Below, one piece after another: positions 53,529 through 60,775 of a DNA stretch of 64,000 bases (within the stretch, counting starts at the first letter, position 1; each line of letters begins with the position of its first letter). The position numbers were made by a program, and so were the translations under genes. Location: contig JAFUUZ010000026.1 in the NCBI GenBank assembly GCA_017471285.1, positions 27 to 64,026 of the forward strand, given 5' to 3'. The DNA is from Paludibacteraceae bacterium. GTDB taxonomy: Bacteria > Bacteroidota > Bacteroidia > Bacteroidales > Paludibacteraceae. Below the pieces are notes generated by a model that was given only the letters and a program-made list of their open reading frames with translations, was not told where the DNA came from and ran no database searches.

Positions 53529-54353
53529 TCAAGTCAATGTCAAAATATTCTTCGAGAAATTGTTTTGTATGTAGTTGATATTCAGCGAATAGGGGGGGGC
53601 AATTGCGTCATAGAACTCCGCCATACTATTGCAAAACATCTTCATATAGACTGCATCATAGACATTGGCGAAGGTCTTTGCGCTCTTGGTGTCGGGGTGG
53701 TCCGTAAACCACTTATGGTAGGCTCGCACCCAGGCTTTGAACATCCGTGGGTATTGCTTGAAGTCGGCTCGTCCCTTGTCCGCTTGAAGAGGGCATCCGA
53801 TACAACCGACGCGGCGCTTCACGCAGAAATTTCCGTCGGCATCGTAGTAGTGAGGGTGGCATTTGATGCCGCGCATTTTGATGAACTGCTCCACATCCTC
53901 GTCGGTCCACTCCAAGATAGGCAGATACAATCGCACTTTCTCGGTCTTGGAATAGACGCGGCAGACTTCCGGCTCGTGGTAGCGCTTAGTCCTCGCGACA
54001 GATTCCGCCCTGCGGATTCCAAGCACGGCTCTGTCATAGACTTTATACTCCTTGAGCGCCTTGCAACAGAATCGCATCCAACGGCTCGGCCAACCCGATT
54101 CTTCAATCAGTTTGAGCATTCCCTTCGGCGGGTTGATGATTGTCGCGCCAACCTCCCTTGCGTGAGGAAGAGAGCCAGGGCGGTCAATCGTCGTGTTCTT
54201 ATAGATTGCCTCGAACGGGATGCCGGCCATTTTCGCAAGTTCAAGAATGACATCGCTATCCTTTCCCGTTGAGTAGGATATTTCTATCGGTCCGTCCTGC
54301 GGGATGCTTTGCAGAAGCTTAATCGCGAAGTCAATCTTGCGGTTGAGGTCCAT
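53529..54353 (-). CDS. PAPS-reductase-like PP-loop ATPase
   Basis: ISYSTGKDSDVILEL (SGGKDS-type PP-loop), GIRRAESVARTKRY, LPILEWTDEDVEQFI, and late GCIGCPLQ. Confidence 0.8.
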   Translation of the reverse strand: MDLNRKIDFAIKLLQSIPQDGPIEISYSTGKDSDVILELAKMAGIPFEAIYKNTTIDRPGSLPHAREVGATIINPPKGMLKLIEESGWPSRWMRFCCKALKEYKVYDRAVLGIRRAESVARTKRYHEPEVCRVYSKTEKVRLYLPILEWTDEDVEQFIKMRGIKCHPHYYDADGNFCVKRRVGCIGCPLQADKGRADFKQYPRMFKAWVRAYHKWFTDHPDTKSAKTFANVYDAVYMKMFCNSMAEFYDAIAPPYSLNINYIQNNFSKNILTLT

Positions 54354-54354
54354 A

Positions 54355-54621
54355 TCAGTTCTTGTCTTTTGAATCCTGCATCTGAGCCGCCAACTGATTG
54401 TCGAAGTCCGCTACTGTCAGAAGGAACTTGGCAAGGAAGGCTTCACGGCTCTCACATTCGAGATAGTGTCGCAGCATACCGTTGATTGCTGCGTCGGTGA
54501 ATGTCGGCCCGCCCCAACAGAGCGCGGCGGTAAGGTCAGATGTCTGTCCCTTTTCGAGTTTGCAATTGACTACCTTATTGTCGTCAAGGTCGAACGAGAT
54601 AATGATTTCTTTGTGTTCCAT
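54355..54621 (-). CDS. hypothetical protein (88 aa)
   Basis: Track ORF. Confidence 0.5.
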   Translation of the reverse strand: MEHKEIIISFDLDDNKVVNCKLEKGQTSDLTAALCWGGPTFTDAAINGMLRHYLECESREAFLAKFLLTVADFDNQLAAQMQDSKDKN

Positions 54622-54794
54622 ATCGGCTTGCGTTGTTTGGCCCTCTTTATTGCGAGGACCGAGATAACATCGTTAATGAGCAATTGGTTGTCTCCGCCGC
54701 CGAGCGCCAGGAACTCGTCGCAGACGGATTCAATGGCACGCAGATAGCGTTGCTTGCTCGGTGATTGGTCTATAATTATCGTTGTCATAAGCAT
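54570..54794 (-). CDS. hypothetical protein (74 aa)
   Basis: Track ORF with a 52-nt overlap with the downstream gene, so the boundaries are uncertain. Confidence 0.4.
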   Translation of the reverse strand: MLMTTIIIDQSPSKQRYLRAIESVCDEFLALGGGDNQLLINDVISVLAIKRAKQRKPIWNTKKSLSRSTLTTIR

Positions 54795-54883
54795 TCTAAA
54801 AGAGACCCCGCGTTATCGCAACGCAGGGCCTCAACCACATAATTATAACACTAAAACTAATAACCATTCGAGCGAATGCCCGG

Positions 54884-54962
54884 TGGCGGCAGCGAGGCTC
54901 GAACTCGCGCACGACTGAATCGGCTTGCAACTGAAAGAAGTCGTGTTCCCTGCTTTACCGCC
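54884..54962 (-). ncRNA. tRNA-like element (perfect acceptor and T arms, non-canonical core)
   Basis: The - strand reads GGCGGTA-AA-...-GCGAG-TTCGAGC-CTCGC-TGCCGCC-A. The acceptor stem is 7 bp and the T arm is 5 bp with a TTCGAGC loop. The central 45 nt forms a 7-bp stem (CACGACT/AGTCGTG) around a 22-nt loop instead of D and anticodon arms. Confidence 0.35.
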
Positions 54963-54973
54963 AGGCCGAATGA

Positions 54974-55132
54974 TTAGGCCCACTTCACGGATTCCTTGCG
55001 GAACTCTTTGAGTGCCTTTTCGAGCGCGAAGGAAGTCTTACGAGCGCGAACGCCCGCAGCCTTCGTTCCCTTCTCAGCCTTCTCCGCATCCTTGATGAAG
55101 TCGAAGAAGAGGTCTTTGATTTTTTCAGTCAT
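54974..55132 (-). CDS. Hc1-type histone H1-like DNA-binding protein (52 aa)
   Basis: Hand-read MTEKIKDLFFDFIKDAEKAEKGTKAAGVRARKTSFALEKALKEFRKESVKWA. The AAG.RARK.S..LEK..KEFRK pattern matches Bacteroidota histone H1-like proteins. Below the track cut-off. Confidence 0.6.
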   Translation of the reverse strand: MTEKIKDLFFDFIKDAEKAEKGTKAAGVRARKTSFALEKALKEFRKESVKWA

Positions 55133-55143
55133 AGCAATAGATA

Positions 55144-55437
55144 TTAAGGGGTTACTGTTTTGATTCGTTTGAGGTCAGAGAGGCGATACCCACGGATGCC
55201 ACCCTGCTCCACGAAGGTAATCTTGCCTCGTGCGGCCCACGATTTCAGCGTGTGCGTGGTGCGTCCGACGAAACGAGCGGCCTCTGCGGGTGTCAGCACC
55301 TGGTCGCGCTCTTCGAGGGTGGCGATGCGGGATTCCAGCTCGTGACCCTTCTCGTTGGCAAAGCGCAACTCGCGAAGTATATCTTCGAGGATTTCCCCGA
55401 TAGGTCGCGGCTCGCAGTAGCGTTTCTCTTCTTCCAT
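55144..55437 (-). CDS. excisionase/MerR-type HTH DNA-binding protein (97 aa)
   Basis: LTPAEAARFVGRTTHTLKSWAARGKITFVEQGGIRGYRLSDL is a typical excisionase-family HTH. Confidence 0.65.
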   Translation of the reverse strand: MEEEKRYCEPRPIGEILEDILRELRFANEKGHELESRIATLEERDQVLTPAEAARFVGRTTHTLKSWAARGKITFVEQGGIRGYRLSDLKRIKTVTP

Positions 55438-55438
55438 A

Positions 55439-56217
55439 TCAGAAAAGTGTTAATTGCATTTGTTCCAAGTCTATGCGCTGCTGAGCGTAATCGCAGTAGC
55501 GCTTCGAGATTTCCGTACCGACATATTGGTATTTGTCTTTGATGCAAGCAATGGCAGTTGTACCCGTTCCCATAAAAGGGTCATACACAATTACCCCCCC
55601 CGTGCGTATATTGCTAATAATCTGCGACATAGCACGGTAGAGAATGTTGCCTTGTGGATGTCATTGCTTCCGTCGTTGTTGGGCGCTTCTATGAGGTTAA
55701 AGATGTTCTCGTAGTTGGCCTGGCCGGAGGCGCGGTGTGTCGTAACCTTCTTGTTGGTCTTAAAGGTGGCGAACTCGCTCTTGCGGCAGAACACAAAGAC
55801 AAACTCGCAGATGCGGGTCAGTTTATTCGGCGAGCAGGAGTTTGGCGAGGTGGTCGTCTTTTTCCACACGAGACAGTCGGCGACGATGAAGTTGGTCTTG
55901 CGCTGAATCTCCGAGACGACATTCCACATCAGCCAAGTGTTCTCGGCTGAGTAGCTGAGGTTGTATAGAACGCATCCGTCTTTGACGAGAACGCGGTCAA
56001 AACCCTCGAAGATGCGAAGCGTCCAATCAATGTATTCTTCGTCACTCTTGCGGTCGTTGTATTCGTCGTAGCGGACATTGGCGCAAGCGCCCGTCAATGA
56101 AGAGCCGCGCCGAGAGGTGTTGTAGGGAGGCGATGTCAGAATCACATCCACAGACTGCGGCTCGGCGGCTTGCATCCATTCGATACAGTCTTGGTTGTAG
56201 ATTCTGTTGACCTCCAT
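55439..56217 (-). pseudogene. beta-class N6A/N4C DNA methyltransferase interrupted by a frameshift at a G8 tract
   Basis: The N-terminal ORF (55591..56217) has ILTSPPYNT (motif IV). The C-terminal ORF (55439..55630) has VYDPFMGTGTT (motif I). One extra G in the G8 run (C8 at 55594..55601) gives ...LLAIYARGGVIVYDPFMGTGTT... in one frame. Confidence 0.8.
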
Positions 56218-56218
56218 A

Positions 56219-56473
56219 CTAAGCCTTCAACGATGCGGTGATTGTCATAATGCGGCTGCGGTAGTCCATACTGACTTTGAAGCTTCGCTCCGCGTCCGTC
56301 ACATTCATACGATACGCAACGGACTTGCAGGAATCCATTGCCTTGCTCGAAGGGAAGAGATAGCCCTTCGGTTTGTCAAGCGGGAGGGCGTTGAGGAACT
56401 CCGTCCACTTGCCCTCTGCGATAAGAGTTTCAATATCCATAATGGTGATTTGTTTTGATTCAGTCCCGTCCAC
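56219..56473 (-). CDS. hypothetical protein (84 aa), first gene of the leftward block
   Basis: Track ORF. Confidence 0.55.
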   Translation of the reverse strand: MDGTESKQITIMDIETLIAEGKWTEFLNALPLDKPKGYLFPSSKAMDSCKSVAYRMNVTDAERSFKVSMDYRSRIMTITASLKA

Positions 56474-56754
56474 GATTCTTTCACACCTCAGATTCGGAAG
56501 AGGTCGTTGTCCGTGTTAAACCGGGGTTTAATTTTACTAATAGCCCTACGGGATTTCTCTTCCGTATAGACGCGGTTTTCTCCATTCCGCAACCCTAATC
56601 CCCATTCTCGTCTTGGCAATGCCTCAGATTCAAGGTTAGCAACAATCAGCGCTAAGGTCCTACGCCCGCTCTATGTTTTATCGCCTTTTTGAGCAGTAAA
56701 CTTAACTTGGCGGGATTTTCGGTAGCAAATGTTTGTTTCTTAAAGAAAATTCCC

Positions 56755-56762
56755 TATCTTTG
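56755..56762 (+). promoter_or_regulatory. Bacteroidota -7 box TAtcTTTG in the 497-bp divergent region
   Basis: Exact TAnnTTTG, about 230 nt upstream of ATG 56995. Confidence 0.4.
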
Positions 56763-56994
56763 TCTCTACGAAATTTGGCTTGCAACTATATTTCGCAGAC
56801 TTAGATTTATATAAGCGCCCATTTTTATGGTTGCTACGGGAATCTTTCGTTTGTTTGTTTCCTAAATCCGAGGACAAAGTAACGGAGAATTTCTGTAATA
56901 TGCAAACATTTCAACGGAAATTTTTGAAGAAATTTTCGTGATGTGCCTTGTATGGCCGTAGAATGGGGATTTGCTTACAGAAAATTTTTGCGTT

Positions 56995-57381
56995 ATGGAA
57001 GGAAACGACCTTAAAACTCGCCTGGTCGCCTACGCCCGCGAGCGATTCGACTACGGCCAAAACAAGTTCGAGGAATACTGCGGTATTTCTCGTGGCACTA
57101 TCAATGCCATTCCCGACGGAGGTGGCATCAGTACGAAGTCTCTGACGAAGATTGCGCTCGCTTGCCCCGACCTTGATTTGCGGTGGCTTCTGACGGGCGA
57201 AAGAACTCAGTTGGAGGAAATGCCCGTTCGCACCGAGAAGGTGGCTGATTCAGCCCCGGAGGTGGCAAATCCGAGCGCAGACGAGGTGGCCTTCTACCGT
57301 CGTCTGATTGAATCGCAACAGAGGACCATTGAATTGCTTGCCGGAAAAGGGGGAAGCGTATCACAATCCGTACAGAAATAA
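56995..57381 (+). CDS. HTH transcriptional regulator (XRE-like) with a coiled-coil tail
   Basis: ...KFEEYCGISRGTINAIPDGG...PDLDLRWLLTGER is the Bacteroidota-style HTH plus WLLTGE motif. Trimmed from TTG 56971 to ATG 56995. Confidence 0.7.
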   Translation: MEGNDLKTRLVAYARERFDYGQNKFEEYCGISRGTINAIPDGGGISTKSLTKIALACPDLDLRWLLTGERTQLEEMPVRTEKVADSAPEVANPSADEVAFYRRLIESQQRTIELLAGKGGSVSQSVQK

Positions 57382-57384
57382 GCT

Positions 57385-57729
57385 ATGACTGATTCTGAGA
57401 TTTTGGATTTCCTTATCAAGACACTTGAAGGAAACAACGCGAGGAAGTTCGCGGAAAAGACGGGTATCACACCGCCGATACTGAGCCGCATCCGCAAGGG
57501 CGAACTCAGACTGTCGAAGCGGTACGATGCAATAATGGCGGCGTACCCGATGTTGAATAGGGAGTTTCTTACGACGGGCGAGGGCTACCCCGGCGACCTA
57601 TCCATAGAACTCGTGCGCGAGCGTATGCAGACGCTGCTTGCCGAGAAGGATAGGGTGATAAATACCCTTACGCGAGAGCTGGAACTGAATCAGAAAGTGA
57701 TTGCCCGGCTCACATCCACGAGGAAATAG
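57385..57729 (+). CDS. second HTH regulator (paralogous architecture)
   Basis: ...KFAEKTGITPPILSRIRKGE...LNREFLTTGEG, then a coiled-coil. Confidence 0.65.
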   Translation: MTDSEILDFLIKTLEGNNARKFAEKTGITPPILSRIRKGELRLSKRYDAIMAAYPMLNREFLTTGEGYPGDLSIELVRERMQTLLAEKDRVINTLTRELELNQKVIARLTSTRK

Positions 57730-57760
57730 TTGGAAATTTTCGGTAATTCGTGGAAATTTT
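57730..57760 (+). repeat. (T/G)TGGAAATTTT x2, 20 bp apart
   Basis: TTGGAAATTTT at 57730 and GTGGAAATTTT at 57750, directly after the second HTH gene. Related GGAAATTTTT / GAAATTTTCG lie at 56916..56938. Confidence 0.6.
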
Positions 57761-57794
57761 AGTGTATGCCTATTGATTCAAAGAAAAATCTCGT

Positions 57795-57802
57795 TACCTT
57801 TG
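57795..57802 (+). promoter_or_regulatory. Bacteroidota -7 box TAccTTTG
   Basis: Exact TAnnTTTG, about 460 nt upstream of the lipoprotein ATG at 58266. Confidence 0.4.
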
Positions 57803-58265
57803 CGCTGAACTCTTGTTCGGTAGCAAGGGGAGAGACTTTCATACGAATTAGGATTATTACTTCATCCCTGGCTCTTCTCTACTGCCGATTCCCCTCACGG
57901 GGAAAGAGAACAGACGGGGATTCTTTTATGCCCCTGCTGCCGAACGAAAGTTTATGCCGAGAACTCGTCACCTCGGAAGAGGTAGCCACTCATATCGGCA
58001 TTAGCGCGGTCAGAGGAAAGCACAACAACCGCAATGTGGGGCGTGACTATCAAGCATTGTGCTGGCGGGATTTGCCGTTAATTGATAGAGCCTTCAACTC
58101 AAATCGGTATGAAGGTGCGCAACGCGGGCGACGACGCGGCGAAAGGCAAGTTGCGCAGAAGCCGGAGCGAGACCAAATCGCGCTTGGGGCTTTTGCGTCT
58201 TTGCAGACAACAACTTGGGTCAAGGCAAGTAGAGGTTGAAACCAAATTTAACTTATAGGTTAAAA

Positions 58266-58718
58266 ATGAAATCAAGGATTCTCGTACTCATTGCAGGGCT
58301 TCTCGCCCTCTGTTCTTGTGGGGAAAAAATCGAAGAAGTGAACTATCCGAAGCAGTACAAATTCGGCGACTACTCTCAGATTGTCAAGACGACATCAGAT
58401 TACATCGTCAAGCAAGGCGTGGCCGGCTATGAGATTCTGTGGATTCTGACAGAGTATGACGCGGACCACAATATTGTCGCGACCACCAGGCGGACCGTTG
58501 ACGAATCCTTCAACAATACGGTCACGCTCACGGCCAATGACAAGTCCGAATGGGTATGTGCCAACCTTCACGCGGACCTTTTCGGGGAGAATGGCAAATC
58601 GGGCGAGCTGGACTACTACTCGTACCCTATGAAGCGCCTCGCGGCGGTCAGAGACTTCGCCGTGGACCTCACGATAAAGACGGGCGCGGTATTCTCACCG
58701 TCGCCCAATTTCGACTGA
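58266..58718 (+). CDS. lipoprotein (150 aa), moron-like
   Basis: MKSRILVLIAGLLALCSCGEK has a lipobox-type signal with Cys. Trimmed from track ORF 58236. Convergent with the integrase gene. Confidence 0.7.
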   Translation: MKSRILVLIAGLLALCSCGEKIEEVNYPKQYKFGDYSQIVKTTSDYIVKQGVAGYEILWILTEYDADHNIVATTRRTVDESFNNTVTLTANDKSEWVCANLHADLFGENGKSGELDYYSYPMKRLAAVRDFAVDLTIKTGAVFSPSPNFD

Positions 58719-59885
58719 TTACTTGAAGAAGGGGGAATCCATTAGCTTCTGAGCGTTCTCTTCCTTCGTGATGCGGATGTACTTGGCAAAGTTGGATTCC
58801 GACTGATGCCCGGTAATAAGCATAATCTGCCTTTCGGGGAGACCCGACAGATACAGTAGCGTAGCCCCGGTCCTCCGCGCCGTGTGGCTGCTGACGAATT
58901 TCCACTTCGGCTCGCGCTTCGTGACGCTCTTCGCTCCGAGCGTAATGGTCCGCTCGCAAGGCGTATTGATGCCGGCATCCTTGCACACCTTCTTTATCAG
59001 CACATCATAGTAGCGCACATCCATTTGCGGCGAATGGCCTCCATTTCGGTCCATAAGCAGCTTGACTTTTGGGGATAGTGGCATAATGACGGGGATGCCC
59101 GTCTTTTGCTGCGTGAAGCGAAGCGTATTGCCGACGATATTCTCCGTCGTCAAGCGGACCACATCGGAATAGCGGGATGCCGTGTACACTCCAAGCAGAA
59201 AGAGGTCGCGGGCCTCGGTCTTGCGGCCGGTCAGCTTCACATCCCACAACAGTTGCAGTTCGTCCTCTGTCAGATAGATTGCGCCCGTATCTTCGCCCAT
59301 TCTGCGAAAGTCAAGGAAGGCAAGGTTACTGTGGTAATTCAGCTTCGCCCCCTCGCGCATTATGGTCTTTACCATACCGAAGTATGTACCCTGCGAGTTT
59401 TTGGCAACACCCTCGTCCTCCATTTTGCGGATGAATCGGAAGGCCCACGACGAATCAATGTCATTCCAATTGTCCCCGTCGCCCATAAGGGCCTTAATCT
59501 TGTTGTAGCGATTCTTGCGGCATCGCTTGCTCTTGCAGGGCCGTTCCACATACTCGGCGAAGTGTTCCCAAAAGGTAGGGACGACTTTGCCGTTGACGAC
59601 CTTCGGGGCTTCCTGGTCCTCAGCGCCACTCAGCGCCCAATCCAAGATGCCGTTGATTTGCTCGTCCGTGGAAAATTCGTTGAGGTGCGATTCGAGCCGG
59701 ATGCGAATGCTTTTCAGCTTCTCTTCTTTCGAGACGACCGCGCACTTCTGCTTCTTGACGGACCAATCAGACACATTGCAGGAAATGCCAACACTCCTGC
59801 GGTACACTTTACCCTTGTTGGTAATGACGACCCGAATAGGAGACACCTTCGCCTTCGGGTACACGAGGTTGAAATTGATTCTCAT
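58719..59885 (-). CDS. int: tyrosine integrase (Bacteroidota phage type with N-terminal arm-binding-like domain)
   Basis: C-terminal ...SSHTARRTGATLLYLSGLPERQIMLITGHQSESNFAKYI (HxxR...H...Y). 388 aa. Confidence 0.9.
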   Translation of the reverse strand: MRINFNLVYPKAKVSPIRVVITNKGKVYRRSVGISCNVSDWSVKKQKCAVVSKEEKLKSIRIRLESHLNEFSTDEQINGILDWALSGAEDQEAPKVVNGKVVPTFWEHFAEYVERPCKSKRCRKNRYNKIKALMGDGDNWNDIDSSWAFRFIRKMEDEGVAKNSQGTYFGMVKTIMREGAKLNYHSNLAFLDFRRMGEDTGAIYLTEDELQLLWDVKLTGRKTEARDLFLLGVYTASRYSDVVRLTTENIVGNTLRFTQQKTGIPVIMPLSPKVKLLMDRNGGHSPQMDVRYYDVLIKKVCKDAGINTPCERTITLGAKSVTKREPKWKFVSSHTARRTGATLLYLSGLPERQIMLITGHQSESNFAKYIRITKEENAQKLMDSPFFK

Positions 59886-59968
59886 TTTGGTTGCAAGCCG
59901 TTATTCGTCACAAAGATATAAACTTTGGTTGAATAATTGGCAAGAAATCTTCCAAAAATGAGAAATCG

Positions 59969-59996
59969 TTGGAAATCGTTGGAAGTCGTTGGAAAT
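59969..59996 (+). repeat. TTGGAA(A/G)T x3 at 10-bp spacing upstream of int
   Basis: CGTTGGAAAT, CGTTGGAAGT and CGTTGGAAAT. The last copy forms TTGGAAATCCAA. An inverted TTCCAA lies at 59950 and the palindrome GCTGAT-A-ATCAGC at 60035..60047. Confidence 0.75.
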
Positions 59997-60148
59997 CCAA
60001 CACTCCCTCTAACAGATTGAACTACATAGGATTTGCTGATAATCAGCGAAATATCTCGTAATTTGTTCTGATTTCAATTTGCGATTGAGAATGCCTATCT
60101 ACACGGCATTCTGTGAGGGGGTATGGCAAGAATCTTGGCAAGTTTTGG

Positions 60149-60391
60149 CTAAATCACGACTTTGTTGACGGTGGCGAACTCCTGGATGTAGATTGACGCT
60201 TTCTTCCCGTCAATAATCCCACGGGCGACGCGCCCGCCTACGGTCGGAGACTTCATCAGCGTTTTTGCTACAAGCATCAGAGCGTCGCGGGCGGCATCCA
60301 AATCGTCGAAGATACCGTGGAATGTTGTCAGCAGATTCTTGTTTCCGTCGGGGACAATCTCTACCTCAACGAGCAGATAGGTCCGTTTCAT
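60149..60391 (-). CDS. hypothetical protein (80 aa)
   Basis: Track ORF. Confidence 0.55.
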   Translation of the reverse strand: MKRTYLLVEVEIVPDGNKNLLTTFHGIFDDLDAARDALMLVAKTLMKSPTVGGRVARGIIDGKKASIYIQEFATVNKVVI

Positions 60392-60726
60392 AGCGGGTTG
60401 TAGATGTAGCGTTTGTAGCGATTCTTGTGCGGCTCAATCCGTTCGGTACGGTAGAACTCGCCCATTCGTTCGAGAAGGGGCTTAGCGTCCCGTTCGTTGG
60501 TCCACTCGCCGGCCAAGCATCCGTTCGCCAATACGAACACGGAATAGCCGGGGATGCGCACACCAACAACGCGCTCATTCGCGATGTCGTCAAGTGTCTT
60601 GCTCAGTTGGTCCTCGTCGTAGGTGGCGAAGATGCGTCCAATCAGAAAGGGCTTCTCAGTAAGCAGGACAAAAGGCATAGGCAGTTCCTGCTTGTTCTCT
60701 ATGATGCAAAATTTCGGTAATTTCAT
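60388..60726 (-). CDS. hypothetical protein (112 aa)
   Basis: Track ORF 60388..60819 trimmed to ATG 60726 (MKLPKFCIIENK...) so it does not run through the tRNA. Confidence 0.55.
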   Translation of the reverse strand: MKLPKFCIIENKQELPMPFVLLTEKPFLIGRIFATYDEDQLSKTLDDIANERVVGVRIPGYSVFVLANGCLAGEWTNERDAKPLLERMGEFYRTERIEPHKNRYKRYIYNPL

Positions 60727-60758
60727 TGTGCAATTATTGTTTAATAAAATTTTCTTGC

Positions 60759-60766
60759 TACCTTTG
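60759..60766 (+). promoter_or_regulatory. Bacteroidota -7 box TAccTTTG for the tRNA
   Basis: Exact TAnnTTTG ending 9 nt before the tRNA 5' end. Confidence 0.55.
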
Positions 60767-60775
60767 CACCCACAT

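Noticed and set aside
53592-53599. G8 run inside the PAPS-reductase-like gene as a phase-variation site
   Set aside because: The run is in frame and the ORF is intact. At this GC content a few 8-nt G/C runs per 64 kb are expected by chance. There is no evidence of switching from the sequence alone.
57766-58239. 157-aa + strand ORF as a confident CDS
   Set aside because: It starts upstream of the promoter box that lies inside it, its composition is poor, and it has no start context. It is kept only as an alternative explanation in the leader-RNA finding.
59969-59996. CRISPR array or other spacer-repeat structure
   Set aside because: The repeats are only 8-10 nt with no spacers of CRISPR size. 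No 24-40-nt repeat array exists anywhere in the window.
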